Shown in pieces: positions 21,329-30,527 of a DNA stretch of 64,000 bases; position 1 is the first letter of the stretch; each line of letters begins with the position of its first letter. The stretch is from Bacteroidales bacterium (GTDB lineage Bacteria; Bacteroidota; Bacteroidia; Bacteroidales; UBA12481): positions 2,155 through 66,154 of the forward strand of contig JBAZTE010000004.1 in assembly GCA_041662065.1 (NCBI GenBank), given 5' to 3'. The notes below the pieces were generated by a model. It saw only the letters and a list, made by a program, of their open reading frames with translations, searched no databases and was not told where the DNA came from. A program made the translations under genes and the position numbers.

Positions 21329-21604
21329 ATGGAGAATTTAGCCCGGGCCGAAATTGCGGTGAGAGGCAGGGTCCAGGGGGTGGGATACCGATATGCCACA
21401 CTGAAAATGGCCCGGAGTCTTGGCCTGAACGGCTATGTTAAAAACAAGCCGGATGGATCGGTTTTTATTGAAGCCCAGGGAAGCCTGGACCATGTCAGGA
21501 TGCTGGTGGAATGGTGCAAATCAGGTCCGGACCACGCGGTGGTCGAATCGGTTGATTTTGCTATTCTTCCCTTGAGGGAATTGGATAAATTTCAAATCCG
21601 CTGA
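21329..21604 (+). CDS. acyP: Acylphosphatase
   Basis: RGRVQGVGYRY is the acylphosphatase signature, and the ~91-aa length fits. I use the internal ATG at 21329 because the tracked 21236 start overlaps the previous gene by 83 nt. Confidence 0.8.
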   Translation: MENLARAEIAVRGRVQGVGYRYATLKMARSLGLNGYVKNKPDGSVFIEAQGSLDHVRMLVEWCKSGPDHAVVESVDFAILPLRELDKFQIR

Positions 21605-21686
21605 TCCTTAGGTAGTTTTTTTCTCAATTATTTGTTTATCACCAAATAATTACTATATTTAAGTACCAAAAATTTTATTAACTGAT

Positions 21687-21968
21687 ATGGCCAGCAAGAA
21701 AAACCTAAAAAAGGATGTAGATTACCTGATTACTGATTTGATTTTGGATTGTTATGCCTGTATTGAAGAGCATCCTGATAAGGATTTCTCGGCCTACGAG
21801 GAAATGATCAACGAGATCATTATTGTAAAGGAAAATTTATTGGAGCGCATCAACCATTTTGATTCAGCTGTACACGGAAATTCCCGCAGGTATTTCAGGG
21901 AACTTAAGAAAGACCTGATTATCAGCATCACGGGTGCCTATGAGAAATTGTCACAGCTCGGATGCTGA
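21687..21968 (+). CDS. Hypothetical small protein
   Basis: 93-aa ORF in its own intergenic slot, with no recognisable motif. Confidence 0.4.
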   Translation: MASKKNLKKDVDYLITDLILDCYACIEEHPDKDFSAYEEMINEIIIVKENLLERINHFDSAVHGNSRRYFRELKKDLIISITGAYEKLSQLGC

Positions 21969-22011
21969 ATCCCATTAGACTTTTTCTGAACGAATCCGAT
22001 CTAAATTTTAA

Positions 22012-22019
22012 TATTTTTG
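22012..22019 (+). promoter_or_regulatory. Bacteroidota -7 promoter box (TAnnTTTG) upstream of the envelope operon
   Basis: TATTTTTG lies 52 nt upstream of the ATG at 22072. Confidence 0.3.
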
Positions 22020-22071
22020 TTACCGAAAGCGAGCACCGCAAACTTTTCGTAACCTACTTGTATTGAGTTTT

Positions 22072-24645
22072 ATGCCAATCCTTGCCAAGAAGTTACTGAT
22101 AAACATTTACTTGATTATCTGCGTACTGGGGAGTATTGAAGCGCAGGAGAGAAAGGTATCCTTTACCTGGTTTGACCAATCTCAGAAAGAGATGGCCGGA
22201 TACATCAGTTACAGGCTGCTGTCTTTGCAAGGAGATAACCTGTACCAGCTTGATTTTTCAGTGATCTGGAATAACCAGAATGGAAACCCGGTTGCCGATA
22301 CCAGTAAAATGCCATTCCTATGCCTTTCAAAGTGGGATTTCGAATGGGCCCCGCAGCAAAATATAAGATGCACCTCTTTTGATCAGAAAAAAAGAGGATT
22401 GGCTTTTCAAACCAGGGAGAAACTTGTACTGCAGGTATTGAACGGTTATACCGGTGCTGTTGAAATTACCGCCCGTTTTCAATATGCCCTGACCCGGGTT
22501 TTATATGATACCGGTAAGTGGGATAAAATCGAAGCGAATGGCTCGGATGCCGTAAAAATGGTTTTACAGGTAGAGTCAAAAAAGGCAGTCACAGGGACAG
22601 AAGTAACTTCAAACTCGAGAAAACCCAATATAAACGTGGGTTACAGCCCGGCTTTAATGAAGGTCGTTTCTGAAAATTATCAGAACCTCGAAAAGAAAGT
22701 GAAGGACTTTGCCGGCAGGAAATCGGTGGCTGAACTCAATCGGCCCGGTTACCGGCAAGAACTGGAAACGCTTTCGGCCACCATAATCAATGAAAGATCA
22801 CAACTGAATGCAGATAGTCTGCCCAAAGACACCTTTCAGTTGTACCGCGAGCATTATAACAGGCTGAATGATTCGGTTTTTAATTTAAGGGAGGAGTACC
22901 TGAGGTTTCAAATCTCCCAGTCTGACCGGGTAAGCGGTGAGGATCCGTCTATCCGTCAAAGAAGAAACGACAGCCTGAGGAATCTGGTCCGGACACGCAC
23001 TGAACCGATCATGCAGAATCAGCTGGATTCCCTTAACAAGATTACACAGGTTCAGAACGACCTGGCAACCGGACTGGCGGCCTATCTGGCCGACAGGAAA
23101 CGCATTAATTTGGGAACTCCCGGTCTTGACTCATTAAAGCAGCAACAGGGATTCATCAAAATGCAGTTTGCCGAACTGGTTCTTTTACATGAAAATACCT
23201 GGAAAGATTACCGGATTGATATAGACAGGTTAATGCCACTTTCCGAAATTGAAAACCTTCATAATGCCTTCCTGAAAGCCAGGAATAACGTCCAGTCTGC
23301 CCTGGATAAGGTCGATAGCAGTATCCAGACTACCTCATCCGGCACCACGGCGGATAACCCATGGTACATGTCAAACCGGGTTTTGTGGACCGCATTGCTG
23401 GGCGTTCTGCTGTTTGTTTTTGCCTCAGCCATCTGGAACAATGCGCGCAGCCGGAAGATTCTGAAGGAACGGCTGGCCATTTTTCAGGATGGGAATTCCG
23501 GAAACCTCACCGGCAAAGCACCGGTTGATGGACTGTTCTCCAATGATAGTCAGCAAGAATATTTTACCATTGACTATCAGGAAACCATACCTGAAGCGGT
23601 TGTTGGAAAAATCCACTACCACCCTTCAGCGATCAAAACGGTATATCAATTGGTCCAGGGCGCTTTAATGGAGAAGAAGAGTACCGATTTTGGCGGTTAT
23701 CTTTTTGGGAACCAATACAAATTGCATAACCATGGGGTGACAAGGTCTGAGGTTTTTATCGAAAAGGCATGCGACTCAAAATACCTGCGATCGTCCATTT
23801 CAAATGATGTGGGTGCCAGGGCCGATCTTATTGATGAACTGGATGAATTGGTAAATCAGAATAAAAAATTGCGATTACTTGGCTGGTTTGCTTCGAGCAC
23901 CGATAATATCATCGAAATACCAGAGGGAATGATGAAAATCCACCGGACCTTTTTTAAGGAGAAATGGCAGATCGGCGTACTGATTAATCCGGGTTCGGAA
24001 GTCCTGCAGGGAGCCGGTTTCCTGCGGAGAAGGAGTGGATATCTCGATCCGCTGCCTGATCCAGGCGCTTTTGTAAAATGGGACGACCTTTACCGGTTTG
24101 CCCTTAATCCCGTTAGCAACCTTAAAACCGAGCCGTCCAATGGCCATGCAAATAAAAAATATTCAAGGATTGAACTGAACACTACCTGGCATGACTCTAT
24201 TGTTACCGGTGTTAATTTTGACTCGGCCGTGGTAGATGAAGTTTTAGCTGCGGCAGCTATGCAGGCCATTCCCAAAGATAATTACCAGGTGGTCGGGTAC
24301 CTTTATGGAACCATGGCATCGATATCGTTACCTGAAGGAAAAGGAACGGAATATGAGGTGTTTATTGACCGTTTTATCGAATTGAGCAACGAACTGACTC
24401 CGCGCGATCTGCCCGGACTGTTATTGTTGGGCTGGTGGGGCCAGGCCAAGTTGGATGTGATGAATTATATCCAGAATGCTGTCAATTACCATGAACAATC
24501 TTTTCGGGAGTCCTATCAGATTTCATGCCTGGCAAATCCATCGTCAGGCGAATTGCGGATCCTCACCCGCAAGCATTCCCTGGAAATGAATAATAGCACC
24601 ATCGAAACAGAAGAATATGAATTAAAGAGCCTTCTGTCCCGCTAA
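22072..24645 (+). CDS. Bitopic membrane protein: periplasmic N-domain, long helical region, one TM helix and two degenerate MPN/JAB-like cytoplasmic domains
   Basis: Signal peptide MPILAKKLLINIYLIICVLGSIEAQ (the tracked TTG start at 22063 is 3 codons upstream). TM helix VLWTALLGVLLFVFASAIW followed by RSRK. There are two repeats with MPN-like spacing (FGGYLFG...LLGWFASS...VLINP and VVGYLYG...LLGWWGQA...CLANP) that lack the JAMM ligands. Confidence 0.6.
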   Translation: MPILAKKLLINIYLIICVLGSIEAQERKVSFTWFDQSQKEMAGYISYRLLSLQGDNLYQLDFSVIWNNQNGNPVADTSKMPFLCLSKWDFEWAPQQNIRCTSFDQKKRGLAFQTREKLVLQVLNGYTGAVEITARFQYALTRVLYDTGKWDKIEANGSDAVKMVLQVESKKAVTGTEVTSNSRKPNINVGYSPALMKVVSENYQNLEKKVKDFAGRKSVAELNRPGYRQELETLSATIINERSQLNADSLPKDTFQLYREHYNRLNDSVFNLREEYLRFQISQSDRVSGEDPSIRQRRNDSLRNLVRTRTEPIMQNQLDSLNKITQVQNDLATGLAAYLADRKRINLGTPGLDSLKQQQGFIKMQFAELVLLHENTWKDYRIDIDRLMPLSEIENLHNAFLKARNNVQSALDKVDSSIQTTSSGTTADNPWYMSNRVLWTALLGVLLFVFASAIWNNARSRKILKERLAIFQDGNSGNLTGKAPVDGLFSNDSQQEYFTIDYQETIPEAVVGKIHYHPSAIKTVYQLVQGALMEKKSTDFGGYLFGNQYKLHNHGVTRSEVFIEKACDSKYLRSSISNDVGARADLIDELDELVNQNKKLRLLGWFASSTDNIIEIPEGMMKIHRTFFKEKWQIGVLINPGSEVLQGAGFLRRRSGYLDPLPDPGAFVKWDDLYRFALNPVSNLKTEPSNGHANKKYSRIELNTTWHDSIVTGVNFDSAVVDEVLAAAAMQAIPKDNYQVVGYLYGTMASISLPEGKGTEYEVFIDRFIELSNELTPRDLPGLLLLGWWGQAKLDVMNYIQNAVNYHEQSFRESYQISCLANPSSGELRILTRKHSLEMNNSTIETEEYELKSLLSR

Positions 24646-24650
24646 ATTTC

Positions 24651-24658
24651 TATTTTTG
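24651..24658 (+). promoter_or_regulatory. Possible internal Bacteroidota -7 promoter box (TAnnTTTG)
   Basis: TATTTTTG lies 43 nt upstream of the ATG at 24702. Confidence 0.25.
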
Positions 24659-24701
24659 CTCTCCATCTTCATATCTGTTTCTAATCATACGGTTTGAATT
24701 C

Positions 24702-25949
24702 ATGAGGTTGATCAGCCATTTGAAATTTTGTCGGATTCTCCTGGTTCTGATAATATGTTCAGGGCAGGTGGTTTCTGCCCAGGACACTCCGGATTGGAAC
24801 AAGGCCAACCTGAAAGATTCAGTCATTACCCTTTTGCTGAAATACCAGGACCTGCATAATAAACTGAATATTCATGCGGATCCAATTGTCGAGCGGGATT
24901 TCACCCGGCTTTTTTCAAATCCCAAGGTTCAGGTAATCAGTTATCTGGAAGGAAATTCAAAGCTGGTTAAAATTAGTATCGAGGAATATATTATCAGATT
25001 GGCTGAACTTTATCCCGATGGTTTTACTGCAGGCATTGATCCGTTCAGAATCTCGATCGATCTGCCCCGGTACGACCGTAACAACCGGTATATTATCCGT
25101 GCACGCGTAAATATTAAATACAGCGGGATTTCAAAAGGGGTGGTCTTCACTACCTCTCAAAGAATTCTCCTGCAGATTGCATTTTTATTAACTAATAATA
25201 CCCCCGGAAACTTTGCAGTCTATGGTATCGACTTGCCGGCCAAAGGTCAGGATTTTATGGCCCTATCTTTAAATCCGGCCCTGACAGGATTCCGGAATTC
25301 AACCATTAGTAAAGATGAACGGTTGAGTTTGCGCATGGGAAACAGCTTTCATGCGGGGATTTCCTACTCCCATTATTTTGGCAATCATTTGGGTATTGGT
25401 ACTGGAATCAGGTATTCCAGATATTCCGGAAGTGTCGGTTTGGATAAGATTGATCCCTTGGGCAGCTTTAATCCTAATTTTAATGAAGTCACGGTTCAGA
25501 ATGATCTTTGGTTTGCAGAAATCCCATTGTTTATTTCATGGCGCTCCAACCCCGGCCGACGCTGGGGTGCACAGGCTGACATAGGGTTGTCCGGTGGCAT
25601 CAGAATGTATGAAAATATGGCGACCTCGGCTACAAATGCAAATACAGGGATAACCATGTTGAATGTTATATCTGATGCTGACTGGATCAGTCAGATGAAC
25701 CGTGTGGATATCGGATTCATCGGGACTCTGTCGGCTACCTGCAGGATTAACAATTATGCCCGGATACTGATTGGCGCCGGATACCGGCAAGGATTATCAG
25801 GCTTGGACAATAATACCCGTGCGGATTATGTTTATTCCAAATATCAGGGGCAGTATAACCCTCTATGGGGCGCCCCCGGTAAAACAGTGAACCAGGCCCT
25901 GTTGCTGAATATTGGAGTGTTGGTGTTATTAAACAAGGAGGTTAATTAA
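24702..25949 (+). CDS. Outer-membrane beta-barrel protein with a ~190-aa N-terminal soluble domain
   Basis: Signal peptide. The C-terminal half has alternating aromatic/Gly-rich beta-strand patterns (GISYSHYFGNHLGIGTGIRYSRYSG ... ILIGAGYRQG) typical of small OM barrels. Confidence 0.6.
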   Translation: MRLISHLKFCRILLVLIICSGQVVSAQDTPDWNKANLKDSVITLLLKYQDLHNKLNIHADPIVERDFTRLFSNPKVQVISYLEGNSKLVKISIEEYIIRLAELYPDGFTAGIDPFRISIDLPRYDRNNRYIIRARVNIKYSGISKGVVFTTSQRILLQIAFLLTNNTPGNFAVYGIDLPAKGQDFMALSLNPALTGFRNSTISKDERLSLRMGNSFHAGISYSHYFGNHLGIGTGIRYSRYSGSVGLDKIDPLGSFNPNFNEVTVQNDLWFAEIPLFISWRSNPGRRWGAQADIGLSGGIRMYENMATSATNANTGITMLNVISDADWISQMNRVDIGFIGTLSATCRINNYARILIGAGYRQGLSGLDNNTRADYVYSKYQGQYNPLWGAPGKTVNQALLLNIGVLVLLNKEVN

Positions 25950-26318
25950 ATGATCGGCAGGAGGTCTTTTTTTAGAGGAGTTTTGGTTATAGGAATAGTC
26001 ATGCTGTTAGGCGCATGCATGAAATTCGATACCTTGCCTCAACTGGAGATCCGCGTGGTAGATGAAAATGGGTCCGTCGTCAGCGGTGCCTATGTTGCAC
26101 TTTTTGATAGCAAAATCGAATGGGACAACGCCAGGAATCCTGTGCAGGTGTGGCGGAGGACAGACCAGGAAGGCAAAGTGTTTTTTGTGGATCTGCAGGA
26201 AATGGCCTATTATGTGTATGCAAGGTTCGACGGAAAGGACAATAGTTTCGGCGGGGTTAACCTGTCGGAGCCGCTCCGGCTGAATCAAAAGAACAAGATA
26301 GAAATTGAGATCAGGTAG
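25950..26318 (+). CDS. Small lipoprotein (carboxypeptidase-regulatory-like beta-sandwich?)
   Basis: Lipobox LLGAC. The ATG directly abuts the upstream stop codon. The EIRVVDENGSVVSGAYVALF pattern resembles CarboxypepD_reg-like folds. Confidence 0.5.
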   Translation: MIGRRSFFRGVLVIGIVMLLGACMKFDTLPQLEIRVVDENGSVVSGAYVALFDSKIEWDNARNPVQVWRRTDQEGKVFFVDLQEMAYYVYARFDGKDNSFGGVNLSEPLRLNQKNKIEIEIR

Positions 26319-26330
26319 CCTCAGTTAATT

Positions 26331-28637
26331 ATGCAAAGGAACCGGTATAGAATATATTTCATGGCCACTCAACTGGTGGGATTCCTCCTGTTTGCGGGTT
26401 GTGAGCGCGAGCCGGTGTCGGATCACGATGCTTCTGCCAACCTGAATGCTTCCGTCCTTCGGGATAATGTGGTTAAGCTGGATTCAATGGTATTTACGAA
26501 TCCTATGGCTTTGAACGGACAGATCAGGTTTGACCTGATTGGTACTCCTCCACTGATCAAAACCGGAGATGTGGTATATTACCCGGGTGGCGGGGGACTA
26601 TACGGCAAAGTAGTCACGGTTGCAACAATAGGTTCCCGGATGGTATTCAACCTGGAGAAAACGGGGTTGGATCAGCTTTTCACGAGCATTTCGATTCATG
26701 ATTCAATCAGCAAGGAACAATTGAAATCCAGGAAAAGAACCGTTTCGGAAACATGGAATTTCGATACGCTGGGTCTCAGTGGATTTACAATCTTTGATGA
26801 TTTCTGGGAGACAAAGATTCTAAAAGCCAGGTTCATTTCAGGGAAGTTGCTCTCCACCACCTCACTGAAGAAATTTCTTTTATCGGCCCAGGGATCCAAT
26901 CCCTGGTTCGACCGTTGCCAGCTTGAGCTGGATTATTCACTTCTGTTCGACGGTGAACTGGTGATTCAAACCGGCAGTGCGATGGATGCTGCCGATAGCC
27001 TGTTGGTGGAGAAATCCGTGTATGGACCTTTTATGGCCGATGGGTTGCCGGTGAGCTACCAAATCAATACCTGGCTTGGTTTTCATGCAATAACCCAGCG
27101 AGATACAATCCTTAAGATCAATATCACAGGCCATTCGAAAGGCACGCTCGCGATGAATTATAATTATTGGGAAACCTGGAAAGTTTTGCAAAATAGCCAG
27201 GGGCAATCCGCTGTGATATTGTCATACCAGGGTCCCATCCTATCGGGATATACAGGTGAAGTATTTGTACGACAGGAAATTACGCCCTATTTCTGCGGAG
27301 AGGCATCCGTAACTTTAGCCAACCGTTTTACTGCTGCCATTAACCATGAACTAAACCTGCCCAACTGGCAATCCGTTCAGACCATCGGTACCGTGGGTTC
27401 GGTGGATAAGTCAGGATCGTCGTTCGCCGGTTTTTTCCCGGCCCGGCTTACGACAAGCCAAACTTTGCTGTATTCTGAATCTCAAAACGGATTTCTTGAA
27501 AATCAGCCACCGAGGGCAGCTTTTATCATTAATCCGCCTGCAGGCTTTACTGATACCAACTTTGAGTTTAATGCTTCAACATCGACCGATCTGGAAAGCA
27601 AGCCTTCGGACCTGATGGTCAGGTGGGATTTTGATGGAGATAATCATTATGATACTGAATTCAGTACTGAAAAGATAGCCTTCAAAAAGTATCTGCAGGC
27701 TGGGATTTATCAGACAGTACTTGAGGTAAAGGATCCGGAAGGATTGACTTCGCGGCTGGTGAAATCAGTCGAGGTAAACCTTTCGTCATCTGCCCCGATA
27801 GCCTATTTTACAGTTACTCCGGAATCGGGCAGGATCAGCGATGTTTTCCTGTTTGATGCTTCCGGGAGTTTTGATACGGAAGATGCCAATACGCAGTTGA
27901 AGGTACACTGGGACTTTGACGGCGATGGTATTTGGGATCAGCCCTGGACAACCACCAAGGCTGCCATTCATGTTTACTCCGAGCCGGGCAGGTATATTGT
28001 CAAGCTGGAAGTACTGGATACCCAGGGTCTTCTGGGCTCCACCACACGGATTGTAGATGTAGCGGCATCAAACATCAAACCGACCGCGATTTTTACCGTC
28101 GATCCAGAAAATGGCACGATTGAGACCCGTTTTAACTTTGATGCCTCTGGCTGCACCGATCCTGAAGATCCGCCGGAAAGTCTGCAGGTACGCTGGGACT
28201 GGGATAATGACGGAATTTATGATACCTCTTTCCGGACCATTAAGACCATCCAGCATGTATTTCCGACAGCCGGCGTGTATACCGTAGTTATGGAAGTTAT
28301 AGATACGGAAGGGTATGGAGCTACTTTCTCCAAAGAAATCAAGGTTACAAACCCGAATACTCCGCCGAATGCTGATTTTACCTTCACACCTGAGGCGGGG
28401 ACAGTTGGTACGGAGTTTACTTTTGATGCATCCATCTGCACCGATGCCGAAGATAGTCCGGATCTGCTTGAGGTCAGGTGGGACTGGGATAATGACAACA
28501 ATTATGATACGGAGTTCACCACTGTCAAAGTGATCAAAAAGATTTTTGCCGAAGCCGGAACTTATATTATAAAGGTTCAGGTCAGGGATACCGGAGGGTT
28601 GACGGATGCGAAGGCGTGGCTGGTGGTGGTAAAATAG
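26331..28637 (+). CDS. Lipoprotein with a ~390-aa N-terminal domain of unknown function and four PKD repeats
   Basis: Lipobox LLFAGC. Four repeats are built around RWDFDGDNHYD, HWDFDGDGIWD, RWDWDNDGIYD and RWDWDNDNNYD. Confidence 0.8.
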   Translation: MQRNRYRIYFMATQLVGFLLFAGCEREPVSDHDASANLNASVLRDNVVKLDSMVFTNPMALNGQIRFDLIGTPPLIKTGDVVYYPGGGGLYGKVVTVATIGSRMVFNLEKTGLDQLFTSISIHDSISKEQLKSRKRTVSETWNFDTLGLSGFTIFDDFWETKILKARFISGKLLSTTSLKKFLLSAQGSNPWFDRCQLELDYSLLFDGELVIQTGSAMDAADSLLVEKSVYGPFMADGLPVSYQINTWLGFHAITQRDTILKINITGHSKGTLAMNYNYWETWKVLQNSQGQSAVILSYQGPILSGYTGEVFVRQEITPYFCGEASVTLANRFTAAINHELNLPNWQSVQTIGTVGSVDKSGSSFAGFFPARLTTSQTLLYSESQNGFLENQPPRAAFIINPPAGFTDTNFEFNASTSTDLESKPSDLMVRWDFDGDNHYDTEFSTEKIAFKKYLQAGIYQTVLEVKDPEGLTSRLVKSVEVNLSSSAPIAYFTVTPESGRISDVFLFDASGSFDTEDANTQLKVHWDFDGDGIWDQPWTTTKAAIHVYSEPGRYIVKLEVLDTQGLLGSTTRIVDVAASNIKPTAIFTVDPENGTIETRFNFDASGCTDPEDPPESLQVRWDWDNDGIYDTSFRTIKTIQHVFPTAGVYTVVMEVIDTEGYGATFSKEIKVTNPNTPPNADFTFTPEAGTVGTEFTFDASICTDAEDSPDLLEVRWDWDNDNNYDTEFTTVKVIKKIFAEAGTYIIKVQVRDTGGLTDAKAWLVVVK

Positions 28638-28650
28638 GGATTCTTAAAGA

Positions 28651-28802
28651 AGGAAGAAAGTTGAAATTCCAATGCAGAATTCCGAATGCTGAGTTGGAGA
28701 TTCAAGTGATCATAAAGTAAGAAATAGATTTTCAACTTCATAAATACTTGAATCTAATACTCGGTATTCGGAATTCTGCATTGGAATTTCAACTTTCTTC
28801 CT
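28651..28802. repeat. 152-bp hairpin / MITE-like element with perfect 37-bp inverted arms
   Basis: 28651..28687 (aggaagaaagttgaaattccaatgcagaattccgaat) is the exact reverse complement of 28766..28802. An inner imperfect pair (28691..28707 with 28746..28762) matches at 14 of 17 positions. The element lies between convergent genes. Confidence 0.85.
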
Positions 28803-28819
28803 TTCAACTTTATAAAAAA

Positions 28820-29860
28820 TTAATCCTGTTTAACTGAAGATTTTCCATTATAAAGTTTAATCGCCTTCTCCAGCGTCTCCCGAATCTCGGTGCGTAGCCA
28901 GTCCGGCTTCATAACTTCAACCTTGGATCCATAGCTAAGGATTTGCATTTTTAGTTCCTCCGATGGAATCACGAACAGCCTGACCAGGGATGAGCCATTT
29001 TCGAGGCTTTTAATCTCTTGTGAAGGATGCAGGGGATTTGACAGAATATATTGGGTTTGGATCTCATCGAGTTTCATGAGTATTTCTTCGGGGATACCTG
29101 AATAAGTTCCGATACCGAAGCTGTTCCTGAAAAAATCGTCGGGATTGAAACCTTCAGGAGGTAAGAAAATATCTCCGGTTGAACGGATATTGGTCATGCG
29201 GTCGAGGCCCAATGTCCGGATTTTGTTATTAACGATATCTTTTCCAACCAGATACCATCGGTTTTTATGCTCCTTGAGCAGGTAGGGATGATACAGGTAA
29301 TGACGGGGCCGTCCATCAACATATGGAGTGTAGTCAAACTCAGTTTCACTACGGTTGCGGATCGCATCGAGCAGGACGGGCAGGTGTTCATGCCCTTTGC
29401 TCTCAGGTACTGCTTCAAATTGGATACTCTTTTCCAGGTTGGATTCCGACAGCCGGTCGGCAAGGATGATTCTTCCCTGAATTTTATTGACTGCGGCTTC
29501 CAGATCGTGAAATACCTGGCTTTCCTTAAAATGGTTGAGGGTATGCAGGGCCAGCCGGATGAGGTCGATGTCCTCCGGAGTGACCGGCAAATCAAGGCTG
29601 AATCCGGGATCGCTGTAATAGTAACCATTATGAAGCCGGCTGAAGGCGATCGGGGCATATCCAAATACGGACTCATTCTTTAATGCCCAGATATCTTTTT
29701 CGATCGTAGACATGGAAATGTTTGATCCGTTGCTTGATCCGTAAAGTGCCTCTTCGCAGGCTGCCCTTAGTTCTTCCTTTGTTGGCCAGGGTTTGGAACG
29801 GCTCCGGATGCACTCGTCGATGATCCGGTAGCGAATTGCGGCATATTTATTCAGCGCCAT
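28820..29860 (-). CDS. HTH plus WYL domain transcriptional regulator
   Basis: N-terminal wHTH-like region (KYAAIRYRIIDECI...TIEKDIWALK) and a WYL core HKNRWYLVGKD. The 346-aa length is typical of HTH-WYL-WCX regulators. Confidence 0.75.
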   Translation of the reverse strand: MALNKYAAIRYRIIDECIRSRSKPWPTKEELRAACEEALYGSSNGSNISMSTIEKDIWALKNESVFGYAPIAFSRLHNGYYYSDPGFSLDLPVTPEDIDLIRLALHTLNHFKESQVFHDLEAAVNKIQGRIILADRLSESNLEKSIQFEAVPESKGHEHLPVLLDAIRNRSETEFDYTPYVDGRPRHYLYHPYLLKEHKNRWYLVGKDIVNNKIRTLGLDRMTNIRSTGDIFLPPEGFNPDDFFRNSFGIGTYSGIPEEILMKLDEIQTQYILSNPLHPSQEIKSLENGSSLVRLFVIPSEELKMQILSYGSKVEVMKPDWLRTEIRETLEKAIKLYNGKSSVKQD

Positions 29861-29906
29861 TTTTCCATTTTGAACTATTTACTGCATCTAATATAAAAAA
29901 ACCCAT

Positions 29907-29925
29907 AACGTAAATAGGTTACGTT
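29907..29925. promoter_or_regulatory. Candidate operator (7-bp inverted repeat) in the divergent WYL/orphan intergenic region
   Basis: aacgtaa-atagg-ttacgtt lies in the 103-bp gap between the divergent starts at 29860 and 29964. Confidence 0.25.
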
Positions 29926-29963
29926 CCCGGTTTATTCCTTTGAATCATTAAATACGAACAAAG

Positions 29964-30527
29964 ATGAAAGAAGAACGGACGAATGCAGAAAAAAGGTTCT
30001 GGCAAACCTTATCAGCAATAGCCATTGAATACGGATTGGAGCCTTCATGGGAACATCTGGGCTATTCCTGTTCACGCAAAAAAATGCTGGACTTGATCGA
30101 AAGGTTTCAATTTGACCCCTCTTTTCCTGGATTTTACGGAATTAAAATACCATTGGGTGAAGTGAATGGGCTGAAAATGAATTTGCTGATTGAAAATCAA
30201 AAAGAGTTGATCATCGGCATCCAGCCTGAAGATTCAGCGGTGCCCGGAACGGATATAACCATGGAAGCTTTCAGGGAGATCATGGTTCTGTTGGTCAATA
30301 CCGGCAGAAACTGGGATTTTGAAGCACCGGGCTGGGTAGCCTGGAAAACAACCGAAATCCGGTTGAATTTCCGGTCGTTGTTTAACAGGGCTTTTCAGGA
30401 TATCTTATTGAAGAAATCTGATTCTGAAGCCCTTTACCTGATCGGCGAAGAGGTGGCCGATATCCTGGGCGAAATGCGTGAAATATTATCAAAACAAGCC
30501 GTAGAATATGGAACCGTTATTAGTTAG
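29964..30527 (+). CDS. Hypothetical cytoplasmic protein (orphan, divergent from the WYL regulator)
   Basis: 187-aa ORF with no signal peptide and no motif I recognise. Confidence 0.5.
   Translation: MKEERTNAEKRFWQTLSAIAIEYGLEPSWEHLGYSCSRKKMLDLIERFQFDPSFPGFYGIKIPLGEVNGLKMNLLIENQKELIIGIQPEDSAVPGTDITMEAFREIMVLLVNTGRNWDFEAPGWVAWKTTEIRLNFRSLFNRAFQDILLKKSDSEALYLIGEEVADILGEMREILSKQAVEYGTVIS

Noticed and set aside
28651-28802. The IR-flanked segment as a Bacteroides-style invertible promoter (phase-variation switch).
   Set aside because: The invertible core would be only 78 bp. I see no TAnnTTTG box in either orientation and no site-specific recombinase gene nearby. Both flanking genes end, rather than start, at the element. 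It is retained only as a low-probability alternative in the finding.
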